NCBI RefSeq assembly: GCF_964355755.1
Contig: NC_092675.1
Location: forward strand, 18,076,912-18,140,911
Source of the DNA: Antedon mediterranea
Taxonomy: Eukaryota; Animalia; Echinodermata
Reading direction: 5' to 3'
Length of the DNA: 64,000 nt
The position numbers and the translations under genes were made by a program. The notes beneath the pieces are model-generated. The model was not told the origin of the DNA, ran no database searches, and saw only the letters and a program-made list of their open reading frames with translations. Position 1 is the first letter of the stretch. Each line of letters begins with the position of its first letter. Shown here in pieces: positions 11,144-23,300 of this stretch.

Positions 11144-14100
11144 ATGTCTGACAATTTGGATCCAGAATTAAGACAATTTTTGGCAGATAATGTCACAAGA
11201 TTACAAAAATTAAACATTGAACGTGATGAAGCAACGCATGCGATGAAAAAGTTAACATCTTTGTTACAAACGACAAGATTGTCGTTAAATTCCTATAAAG
11301 AAAAAAGTGATATGTATGAACTTATGGTGTTACGAGATGGTAGCCATATTAAGCGCTTGAAGAAAATAATTTCCAAGAAAGAAAGAGAGATTTTGAACTT
11401 AAAATCTGCTAGGAAAAGTTCGGAGTATGGAGATGATGATCTTGAAACTGATGGAGTAGAGCCAGACGTAGAAAAACAAACAAGTACAAGTGTAAGCATA
11501 CTATTTCTACTTGACTGCTTATTTTAGCGCATATTCTTTCTACTTAAGCGCGTATTCAAGAACTGCTCAATGTACAAGATTATAATTGAAACAGTTTGGC
11601 CAGTTTTTGGTATTGAAAATGATTTTAATAATTGGTTTTTCAAAAAATTGCTTCCTGGTACAGTACATGTTCAAAGCACTTACAAAGTACAAACCTTTTT
11701 TCTTTCGTAAAATGCAGAGTGCTGAACTATTTTAATGTTCTTTTTTACATTGTACATTTCAAAATTTTAAGTGGAATCATGAATTATTGAATCCGCCTAT
11801 GACCCATTTGACACTTGTTATGTCATGTGTTTGGCCATTATTTTCTTTATCATTCTAGCATAAATTGTTGAAATACACACGCTAATATAGTATAATGTTA
11901 CTTTTTTAAAGACGTTTTTACACATGTGTTTGGCAATTGTGTTCCTCATCATTCTACCATATGTAGAATTGTTAAAATAAAAAAACTAACAATAAAACAC
12001 TTTTTTTTAAAGTATTAATTTATGAGGCAGTCAAATACAGTAGGTGAATAGATAAGGAATAAACTGCATTATTATCATATTATTACCAAAACTAAAACTA
12101 TTAAATTAATACTGTATTTTCATATATACCATTAGTATCATGTAACAAGATCAGTACTAGTGATATTTCAAAACAAATTGTTATTTTTAGAAAGATGGTG
12201 AACCAATAATTAGTGATGTAAAGCCAGATGCATCTGAATTTGTCTATGGAATTTCTCATGAAGTTTATGACCAACTCCTGCGAGATCATATTCAACTTAA
12301 AAAGGAATTAGAAAATTTGATACAAGCAGAAAAGATTAATCCTAGCAAATACATGGTTAGTACATGGAGGTATAAAAATCTCCATGGTTAGTATGAACAT
12401 ATTTCATTTGTTGCATCAGAATCCAATAATATAAGCAGCATCATACCACAATGTTTACAAACATATGGTGATTCATGTTGGAATTTTATGTAATGGTAAA
12501 AATGTTTATTATGAAATAATTCTTGTCATTATGAAACTAGTTTTTAAACTAAACAAGCTCTCAACAATATTTTTTTTTTTAATTACTCTAGGAAACCAGT
12601 TAAAAAACAGTTTCCTAGGCGGTCTGGATTGGAATCAATTTGTTTTTTTTTAGATTATTTCTAACTCCTACTGGCAATAAAAAACCTGTACTTTCAAGAA
12701 TGTGTTTAACCACATTCTCTATCAATAGAAATAGAAGCAATTAATATGAAGTCACTGAAAGTGGAAATTCCATAAAACCATAAATAACATCTGACCTTGT
12801 TTAACTACCCTGGGAAAAATACCCTGGATCATTATTATTTCTGAAACATGATAAATAAAATGCTGCCCTGGGAAATTAACCATGGATCTTGTTATTTGTA
12901 GCTTGTATTGAATTTAATCATAAATTACCATATACACTAGCTAAACTTGTACTATAAATTAATATGATATTCACGCGGTATGCCGGAAAACTTATTTTTA
13001 ATGTGTGTATACAGTATTACCTATATCTCAGACTTTTGATTCATCAGTATTTATTCAAAGTAGGCCTATAGTGTGTATTCTACACTTTGGTCGAAATAAA
13101 ATTAAAAAAAAAACCTTTAAACAAAAGATTTCAGTCTTTTTATGAGTGCATGAAAGTACATTTTGTGTTAGTTTTAAGAACAAATTTAAATTCATACTTT
13201 CATTTTGGTAATTTTTGGTTTTTACATAACCACACAATTAATAGAAAAATTGAATGGTATTGTATACTTCTTTTTATTGTTTGGATAATTTAACCTAGAT
13301 TATTAGGTAACCTTATAATTCAATGTGTACATTACTAATCTTTATTGTGAATACAGTACTTAATACACTGTTAGAGGTTGTGCTCATTTGTTTGATTTCC
13401 CTCTAGTATGTGTAGCCTACATCTATATGGTTCTCAGAAGCTTTATTGATACTAGTACCTTTTTAGTTTATTTAATTTCAAAATTGACATTTGCTGATAG
13501 ATTGTGTATTACATTGTTATCTATTTCTAAGATAAGTAGAAACAATGGAAAAAACATTTGTGTACACATATTTAGATTGATACCAGTTTTAAGTACTCTT
13601 GCTTAAGTATACATTAATTTCTGTTTTCTTTTAACATAGGAAGATGAAGAAAGAAAAGTACTAATAACTCAACTAGAGAGGTCTAATTCTGAACTCAAGA
13701 GTCAGATAAGAAAACTAGATAAAGATTTACAAGATGTTACAAATATTATTAAAAGTGACCCTAGAAGTAATCAATCAAAGGTTTTAGATTTGTCACAACA
13801 GGTAAGTGAGTACCCAATACTTATTGAATACTTTCAATTCAAGCATTTTACTGGTATCCAATATGTATCTCTCAATATTAGAAGAAGAAAAAGCATGTCT
13901 TTGTTATGAATGGAAAACTCTTCTTTTTAAACTTGGATTGGAGATTGCAAAAAAAATATAGAGGGAGTCTTTTCATTGTTTTCGGTTCTTGATAGAAATG
14001 CTTTTTCATGATTGGCTATTTCTTTTTGAGAATTCAAAATCATTAACAATTATCAGGATGTGTTCAGTTGCTTTATTCCCCTTCAAGTGAATATTTTATT

Positions 14101-17100
14101 TTGTTTATATTTTATTTCAGTTAAAATCTTTAGAAGATAAATATAAAAGGCAAGAAATTCTATTACATTGTATGGAAGACAAATGTCAGGATTTAGCTAC
14201 TAAGTTATTAGAGTTAAAAGAATCAAGAAAAGATAATGTAACACCTAAAGAAATAGAACATTCTGGCGCAGCCTTTTCTGCCACAGTGGCCAAGGTAGGA
14301 TTGTTTAAATGCAATTTACTTTCACCTTTCTGCCACAGTGGCCAAGGTAGGATTGTTTAAATGCAATTTACTTTCACCTTTCTGCCACAGTGGCCAAGGT
14401 AGGATTGTTTAAATGCAATTTACTTTCACCTTTCTGCCACAGTGGCCAAGGTAGGATTGTCTAAATGCAATTTACTTTCACCTTTCTGCCACAGTGGCCA
14501 AGGTAGGATTGTTTAAATGCAATTTACTTTCACCTTTCTGCCACAGTGGCCAAGGTAGGATTGTCTAAATGCAATTTACTTTCACCTTTCTATATATATT
14601 TACATTATATTGTTTGCAGGGTGAAAACATTGATACACATAAATCAATATATTTACATTATTTATAACATCTATGAAATAAAAACAAGAAAAATAATTTT
14701 ATTAATAAAATTTATAAAAACGGTAGTTTTATATAAGCACCTAATACAATGTTATTACGAGCTTTACACACAAAAATAATCCATAAAATATCATAAGAAA
14801 AAAAGAAGAAAACCAGAGAAACTATTGAAGATGGGAATTGATTTCCTGAAACATGTTTGTATGTATCGTAAGTTTACTACTAAAACGTGTAGTATTATTT
14901 ATTGAATTGAATTGAAATTTATATTTATACTGGGTAACCTCTTCAGTCAAAGACTGGTCTCCCAGAGGGCCCAGTTGCTGATCAGTGGCTGTGATGTACT
15001 CATACACCGGGGTAACCCCCTACTCGTCTCGAAATATGTACTAGGTTCTTTAAAGTGCACACTTAATGTTCCTCAGTACTCCTGACCCTCGGAAATACAA
15101 ATTATTTTTAACAATTTTTTCTTTTATTATGTAGTGTGATAATTCTGAATCAACTGTGACAGTAGATCAGGAAGTCAAAGATTTGAGAATTAGCAACAGT
15201 GCGCTCCAGTCAAGTCTTGAAAAAAGTCATCAAAGGCAAAAACTGTTGACTGAAAAACTGAAATCTGCTGAAATAAAATCACAGGTAATCAAAGTACCGC
15301 AGCAGTATTGCATCTTCCGACCGCAATGTTCATCCTAAGGATCCCTCGCTTTCAAGGAATGGATAGAAAATTTTATTGATTATAATAATTATTATAGTTT
15401 TCATGTCTTCTTGAGCCCTTGCAGGTTTCTATGGAATAACTTATGTATATTTAGTTATTATCAGAGATAGTATGGGAAAAAAAAGGAATACGGTATTATT
15501 ATTATATACTGGTCAAGTAAACTGACCAGTCCATCTTTCAACTTAAGAAAATATTCTATTCATTCTACTAACATTCATTATTTGTAGACTGAATACTGTA
15601 CAAACACTATGTAAGTCTCTTTTAGTTAACTAAAGTCGAAAAATATTAAACACAAATTTGCATAAGGTTGTGCTTCAAAAGCACTTGGTTTACTATGCTG
15701 ATTTTTTTAAATAGCATTTTATTTGGGACCTCATGACATTTATTGTAGGCTATTTTCTGCCAAATATATTTCTAAAATTTGAAATTTTAACTTTGTTATT
15801 GTAACAGATTTTTGAACAGCAGTATCAATCACTATTAAGAGCTCCGAAAGAAAATAAACAAGTTGTTGACAAGTGTGAAAAATGCTCTGATATGGGAAAA
15901 AAAAATGAAGAATTAAAAAAGGAAAATGAAGAACAGAAACAAATTAATGGACACCAAAGTGCACAGGTATTTATCTTAATTTTTATATAACAACAATTTG
16001 TTTTTGTTTCATACGCATTCAACAGCAAGATAGTTGGCAATTAAATAATGGATAAACTGTAATTCATCATGTTATAAAGTCCATGTAGTAGAAAGAGTTA
16101 CTTACAACCCTGGCACTAGGTCAGGATTGAACCTCGGACCTTGAGTTTGGGAGGCAAGTGTGTTTAGAGTCAAGCGGTTAAGGCTGATAAACTTAAGGCT
16201 GAGGCCCAGTGTGTTGGGCGTTGGACTACTGATCGTGAGACCGAGGTTCGAATCCAACTCTCGCTGCATTGCTTGTATCCGTAGCCAAGATACTTTACTT
16301 ACGTTTTCCTCTCTCCAGCCAGGTGTATAAATGGGTACCTGGTTAGATCAAGACACAACTTTGCGCTGATTACTAGCTGCATTATGGAAGCATGTTTCCA
16401 TACTTGTTTGATCCAAAAAAAATGACTGGGGTAATAATGTTCAGCGCATTGAGAGCTTGCTTATATGCGCTTTATAAGAATGAACTATTATTATTATTAT
16501 TAAATACCATTCACATTGAATGAGTGGCCGAGCGGTTAAGACAGTGGAACCGTAATTACGTAGCCATAACATCGGCAGGGGTTCGAGGCTCACTCACTCC
16601 ATGGTTCTGGTGGTAGAATGAGTCTTCTCGGATAAGGACTATAAACCGTAGGTCCAGTGTACACATCTAGCTCGTGTGCACTTTAAAGAACCTAGTACAT
16701 CTTTCAAGACAAGTAGGGAGTTACCCCGGTGTATTAGTACATCACAGCCACTGATCACCAACTGGGCCCTCTGGGAGACCAGTCTTTAACTGAAGAGGTT
16801 GCCCAGTATAAAGATATATTTCAATGGGTTTTATGAATTCTAAGAGCTGCTTTTGTAAAAGTAAAATATAAAGTTATTTTTCAATTTGTTACAGTTAACT
16901 GTTTATATTGAAGACTATAACCAATCAAGACTGGAAATAACAAATTTGAAGAAAAGAAATGAATCTGAAGTGTCACAATGGAAATTAAATTACACCAAAT
17001 TGAGTGAAGAAGTAAGTTCAAATGTTTTTACTGTTTTGTTCAACTCTTTATTAATGTTTTCCATTTCTATACTATTTCTATATTAGAAAACTAAGCGTAG

Positions 17101-17878
17101 TCATAAGAAAATTCATTTACTGTCCTTCTTAAAGGTGACAAAAACATACACAAGATGCGCTACATAAACAAAGTCTTAAGTTTTTTGGAAGTGGATTTGT
17201 GGAATAAATCCTGGCATTTGGAACACAGGCTAAGGATGTTAACCACCAAGTCCAAAAATTATTATAGTCAGTAGCGTAATGGCTATGAGCGGTCTATGGC
17301 TAAACCCAGGTGGCCCCAGAGCAGTGCCTAAAGGGAAAAACAGACATTAAAATATGTCGAAAGAGGCTAAAAACGCCCGACCTCCGGTGTTGGAAAGCCA
17401 CTTAGGGTTCCTAAACCAGAGGCCTCTGCATTACTTCACTGATTACAGTACTGTATATATGTACGTAGAAAGATACGTTGACAACCGCAGTTTGTTTTGT
17501 TTTATTACAACTGAAATTATGAATGAATAATAATGAATTTAAATACATTTTTTGCAGTTGGAAAAAATGAAAAAGGCTTTAGAATCACAACAGCAGGTAA
17601 ATTCAAGGCTCAGAGCTGAAAATGTAAGAAGACGGGCTCCGACAGTACCTGAGCCATATCAACAACAAAGCTGGGCTGACTCGTCCTACCAACAACCAAT
17701 TATAGATGTTTGTGATGAAACACAAAACTCTTCTTCTAATCGCACCCGTCGTGAAGCTGCTACAGCTCCTTACCACAGCACCACCACTGAGCTTGTATGC
17801 CCGCGCTGTAAACGGGAATTCCCACAATATCAAGAGACAGAGTTTAATATACATATGGGGCGTTGTTTACACGATTGA
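11144..17878 (+). CDS. Coiled-coil protein (~531 aa) with a degenerate UBAN-like motif and a C-terminal CCHC (NOA/UBZ-type) zinc finger; TNIP2(ABIN-2)/CEP55-like
   Basis: Eight GT-AG exons joined by phase-0 introns: 11144-11491, 12191-12355, 13640-13801, 14121-14294, 15135-15284, 15808-15966, 16895-17011, 17558-17878. The spliced frame is open throughout and heptad-rich. AQLTVYIEDYNQSR resembles the UBAN QxxIYxxDFxxER; CPRCKREFPQYQETEFNIHMGRC has the same C-x2-C-x14-H-x3-C spacing as the TNIP2/CEP55 C-terminal finger. Confidence 0.8.
14274..14591 (+). repeat. 52-bp tandem repeat x6 spanning an exon-intron boundary
   Basis: Unit GCCACAGTGGCCAAGGTAGGATTGTTTAAATGCAATTTACTTTCACCTTTCT, near-perfect (one T/C variant site). 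Confidence 0.95.
14901..15063 (-). mobile_element. 5'-truncated copy of the Deu/Nin-domain SINE
   Basis: Reverse complement of the 3' half of 16517-16824, with a (TTCAA)n tail. Confidence 0.85.
16197..16501 (+). mobile_element. tRNA-derived SINE with a CORE-like central domain and an L2-like 3' tail
   Basis: B box GGTTCGAATCC; GTATCCGTAGCCAAGATACTTTAC...CCTCTCTCCAGCCAGGTGTATAAATGGGTACC; ends AGCGCATTGAG...ATGCGCTTTATAAGAA...(TTA)n. Confidence 0.75.
16517..16824 (+). mobile_element. tRNA-derived SINE with a Deu/Nin-like domain
   Basis: A box TGGCCGAGCGG, B box GGTTCGAGGC, central CGGATAAGGACTATAAACCGTAGGTCC...CACTTTAAAGAACC...AGTAGGG..ACCCCGGTGT; near-identical copy at 59167-59484. Confidence 0.85.
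17135..17255 (-). mobile_element. Degenerate tRNA-SINE (third family)
   Basis: Similar to 28232-28394 (TTGGTGGTTAA..., CCACTTCCAAA, TTTATGTAG..CATCTTGTGTAT); further fragments at ~3330, ~16110, ~54780 and ~62015. Confidence 0.55.
17269..17441. mobile_element. hAT-type MITE
   Basis: Imperfect TIRs CAGTAGCGTAATG / CATTACTTCACTG with 8-bp TSD ATTATAGT / ATTACAGT. Confidence 0.55.
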
Positions 17879-19099
17879 TCAGATATGAAAAAATTAATCT
17901 GTACATTAACTTTTAAATCAGTATACTGTATATTGTGTTCTATGCTATGATGCCTAGCTACTGTAATTATCATTGTACTTCATGTTTGATAAGTCAAGAA
18001 CTCACATCTGAACCTGAATATTCTATGTATTATAGCTTTGTACACAATACTGTATTTTCTTAGGGCCTACAGCAAAATTTAAATTGCGTTTATTATTTTA
18101 TGCTCTTATAGTAGTAGTAGTATTGTAATTGTAATGTTTAAATTAAATTATTTTAGACAATAATTTTCCTTAAACGTAAGTAAAATTTTGAATTTGTTAT
18201 GATTATTTATTAACAATTTGGTATTACTTTAATTTTATTGTCAGAATCTTGAATTAAAATAGTATAGTATATAAGTGAATTTCTTTTAAAATCAGTTTGG
18301 CTCTTGCTTTTTATTTTTGTTGGCTACGCACTATATACTTTAATTTGCCTCTTATATTATTTAGAAACTGTATTATTTAGTTATGTTGCACATGTGTTTG
18401 AATAATATAGGCTTAAGATAAAATGGTGATGTCAAAATGAAACTATTAAATGTAACATTTTGTGAATTTGTTTGCCTTTTACAACATTCTTGTATACTAA
18501 GTTATTGTAAACTTAGCGTACTACTGTATAATCTATTTGTATAATAATGTATTTTTTTTGTATGCCTACTGAGTAAACCTGTTTGTATTTACTGTATTTG
18601 TATGTTGGCCTACTGAATCTACGTTTATCAAAATGGCACTCTCGAATATACGACAAGTCAATGTTATCCAGAACATAAAGAAACATTAATGCAACATATT
18701 TACTGTACTTTTTATCATTTATTAATTATTTAACAATAATTTGTTTATAATCGTCAGTATAACACACGAAGAGACACGCATTTTCAGCTGAGTTTAACAC
18801 GTGTGCCACGTTTCCATTTTCTCCATGTGGGTTGCTGACAACATTGAACGAATCTTAGTAAAAATACTATTTATTCTAAGTTAACAGTAAAGTAAGCATA
18901 AAGCAATAGGTTATTTGATTACAGTATCTTTTACGATTTGACTGAATGATAATCATTAGGAACGAAGCATCCGGGTTGTCCCTTTCCATTTTCCCCCCTG
19001 TGTCTCAGGCAGGCCAGGAAAGAGTGAAAGTATTGTAATTTCACTCTGGGGAGACCCGACTCAAGATCTAGCAACTCTCTGGAATCCTGCCTTTTTATT

Positions 19100-19281
19100 C
19101 AGTCAACTCTCCCAATACCGGACACCTTTGGGCTGGCCAAATATGTCTTTTTCATAAAGTTTGGTAGTTGGAATGTATTTTAATGGTTAAAATGAATTTG
19201 GGACTATTTGGAGTTCGAGGAAAGTCTGGTATTGGAAGAATTTCCAGTGTTCGAAGAATCCGGTTTTGGAAGAGTCGACTG
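19100..19281. mobile_element. Tc1/mariner(pogo)-type MITE
   Basis: TIRs CAGTCAACTCTCCCAATACCGGA / TCCGGTTTTGGAAGAGTCGACTG. Confidence 0.65.
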
Positions 19282-20335
19282 ATTATTTATATTATCTTGA
19301 ATTGAATATCCATTGTTAATAATGGTATGTCTTAAGTTAGTATTGAGTAACATGCCTTTCTTACCATCATTATTGAAGTGACTAAACAGTGCAAAGCGGA
19401 GCGTAGATGTATTATTTAAGCAGGTTTAATGCTGTATTTTACAAGCCAATATTTTGTATTCTTAAAATTATTGCAAATTTATTATTCCTAGCAGCCTACA
19501 TCGATTTTTCTCACACATTAATAATTTAATGCTTTAATGACATTGACAAACAAGGCACTGGAAATAAATAATTTACAGAAAAAATGAACATAACATTTAA
19601 CAATATGTTATTATTACAACTTTACTTTTACTTAGTTCAAAACACCTTCGCACCAAAATTGTATATGTATAATTTGAATTTGAAGTCACCTATAATGTGT
19701 CGTACAAAAATAATGCGTTACATAATTTTACAAAATTACGAAAAATATAATTAGGCCTACGAATTATAAAAACATATTTTACATAAATACAAATGTATTC
19801 ATCATGTTACGTTGCATAAACGTGGTAGAAATAAATTTAAAATTTAGCCTAATTCTAACAAGAAAATAATACTGTGCAATTTGGACGCGCTGTAGAGTGT
19901 TTTTCTTTTGTGAAATTGCTCCTCTTTGATTAAAACATTGTATCTATGCCGACTGTTTGAAAGAGTTTTTGTTTTTCGTTGACGGAAATCTAGCGGCGTA
20001 AATGGGCTGAGTAAAGTGTCATTGAACCAAGAGTTTATGAAAAAAACACAATGCAAATTCAAACTCATTGTTTATTTTAGTGGAATCACGCTGTTTAAAA
20101 GTAGGCGCACATAAAGTCGACTTACACCTGATTTGCTCTGATTATTTTTTTGTGATCAAGCTCAGGCCTATTCCACATCTTACCGTATATTGTTTATCTT
20201 CCTTATTGCTAACCCGTATATGAGTATAAATTAGGTATAAATTCACAACCATAAGCCCTATTTACATGTTTATACAAGCCATCATATGGCACAATGTCCA
20301 CGATTTCCTAAAACACCACTCTACTGAAAACACTC

Positions 20336-23300
20336 TTAGCAGAAACTTACGGGTTGAATAACATTTCCGTGTTTTATTGTTTGAACATCACAATGAATTT
20401 TCTGTGTTCTGGTGTCGAGGATGTATAGATTTTCTTCGAGTGGTATTGCTAAGTAACCGTCTAATAAACCGTCGCTAACAACTTTTCGATTATGCTCGTT
20501 ATGTGGCCAGTCATTTGCATTTATTGGTTTCCCATTGACAGTGATTACTTTAAGACCCCCTGTTTTTAGATCGACAAATAAAGCTTCAATATCTTCTCGT
20601 GGACTTAAAAGCATGTCATACGAATCCCGTGTTACAGACGGGAAAAATGCTACATCGCTGATAATGATATTTGCACGAATTTCAAAGTGTTGTTCAATCT
20701 TTCCGAAATCAGAAACAGTCTGAACAAAAACAGCGCCTTTTTTGTAATCGATACTAACAAGAAATTCTCCATTTGGTGATATTTTGGGAACACCTTGAAT
20801 ATTTTCATTCACTGAGACAACTGTTTCTGTAATATAATCAATTATTATCTGCTTTCCCGTTTCAGAATTTCCACAGTTAACGACAAGATATCCGCCAAAT
20901 GATACGTATGCAAGCGAATCGGGAACACAGCCATGACTCACAAGTTCTAAGGTACTAACTTTCTTCATAGATTTCAAATCTATCTTATCCAAGCCCAATT
21001 CCTTATCATGGTGAGCAAACCCATACTCAAAGTATCCCTGTCCAGGGATTTGTTCAGGCGGGATATAAAGGCTTCGGACACTATCATAATGATGATTTGA
21101 TGGCTCCATGTGAATTGGATGATGGGCCTGGAATTTACTTGCGTCTGGTATGATTTGAACTATACGAGCATTTGGTTGGTCATCTTTTTTCCAATTTACA
21201 ATCCATACTTGGTCTAAATGTTCCACGTACTGTAGCGATACAGGACCCGATTTCATCTCTATATACTGTAATATAAAAAACATTAATTTCAGGGAAATGC
21301 AATCACGGGTTTCTATATTTCAAGTATTTCTAAACATCGGTAGACGTTTACATCTTTCTTTGCTTTACTTTGTGTTTGTTTCTTCAATTGAAACCTACCT
21401 CAACAATTTGTTCGTTGCCGATAGCCAGAACTAATATTCTGTTTTCCACTGGTTGTGTAACGTATATAAACCGGTTTCGAACACGAACTGCTCCTCCCCA
21501 GATGCAAGTCTGTTCGGCGGTTTTATTTTTCACGTTGCAGAGTTTCTCATTTGTATTTGGAATCATGTCATTTGAACTTTTGGTGATTTGGCTGTCGCAG
21601 CTAACTGGATCAATTGCTGTAATGCCGTGCTTATGGAAGGCATAGAATAGGCTTCGAATTGGATCATGGGATACTAAAGGAGAGACAAATTATGATAATT
21701 AATATCCATCTAAATACATTTATCAATATTCATTCATTAATTTCATTTATTTCGGATAGTACATCTATATACAAAACAGAGACAAAATTTCATCAGGAAA
21801 TTAACAAGCATCTTCCACATAAATAACCTCAAATATCGATTTGCACCAACGCTGATGCAGGTTGGATAAGGAAGTACATTAAAATATTTTGAAGTAACTT
21901 TGCATCATGGCGCTGATTTAATTGGTCAGATAGTATGACGTAAGTGTACCTTAATCTAAAGTATAATTCGTCAAACACCCAACCAACCGAAACAACTTTG
22001 GCATCGATATCTCTTATAAAAATACAAAATGGAAGATGGAGGGGACAATGATAGAAAGTTATAATTTATTCCTCCAGTTCACGTTGTTATGTCTTTTGTA
22101 AGATGAAATATCATAAAATAATATAATTAAAACCATTCAGTGTCATCGTTTAGAAATTGCACTCACTGATTGCTTCTTCTTCAACAAGTACTGCGTTGAC
22201 TTCTTTTGTACCGATATCGTTCATTACACTGCAGATAAATCTTCCGGTATTTTCTATCTTTGCATCATTTATCGATAATGTTCTGTTGTTTAGTGCTTAA
22301 ATGTAAATATGTTACATAGTTTAGACCACTTATATTGTATACATCGTATGGTTTTACATTCCAAAATAAAGCTACCTGAGGGTTAGACCACGTAGGTAAA
22401 TTTGATACTCTAAATTAATATCATAGGCCTAGAATAATCATTTTTATTCTGCAAAATCATACATGAGAAATAAGAGTCAATAAATAAGGTAGTATAGTTT
22501 GTAAGTAAGTATATTATAGTAAGTATAGTTTGTTATATACACATTGGCTTTTTTTATAAAAAAAAAATAATACCTAGCCTAATTGGTCGAATTTAACTTA
22601 AAGGTATATCATTAATAATAGTATAACTAAGTTTTAAGGTGATCTTGGTCTAGTTGTTACAATGCTGTAGTCATACCTGTAACTTCATTTTCCTTTAGAC
22701 GTAAGCCATTGCGTTGCCAGGAAATAGTAGGCTGTGGCACTCCCCATGCATTGCAATAAAATTTAGCTGTTTTCCCTGTCGCCATGAGTTGGTTTTCAGG
22801 GCAGACACGAATTGTTGGTGCAACTGAAAATAACAATATAAATAATAATATATAAACATTAATTAATTTTAATGTAAATTACATTATATAATAATTGTAA
22901 TTGTTTAGTAACATGTTGTATGGGTGTTTCGATACATAAACTGCAATTGTTTGGAAAGGAGAAAGTTCCATATTACAAGAATCTTTTGCTTTTACTAGTT
23001 TACTGCCGCATGTTACTGCTTTTATTGTTACCTTTCACTCGTATTGTGTATGTTTGAGTTGGTAGTACACGATTACGAATACGACATGTATAATTCCCAG
23101 CATGCATTGTTGTTACAGGCGTAAAATATAAATGACCATCTCCAAACATCTATAAAAAGAAAAGACATGGATTATTAAAACAGAAACAGAAAACAAAATG
23201 ATAATAGTTGATAATTTATATGGAAGCTTTAGCAAGCAAGGCTCTACACAAAAGTTTAAGGAATCACAAGAGGGACAAGAAGATGTATGGGGAATATATT

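Noticed and set aside
14274-14591. CRISPR-like appearance of regularly spaced repeats (also 32941-33175)
   Set aside because: Units are contiguous with no unique spacers, the context is a eukaryotic intron, and there are no cas genes.
16517-16605. Possible tRNA genes at SINE heads (also 16197, 28330, 59167, 5735)
   Set aside because: A/B boxes are present but there is no intact cloverleaf or acceptor stem, and most continue into dispersed-repeat bodies.
829-21645. ORFs antisense or out of frame to real exons (829, 3497, 6705, 6769, 11293, 15825, 17603, 17706, 20535, 21370)
   Set aside because: They are shadows of HERC4, TNIP-like or FSTL5 exons.
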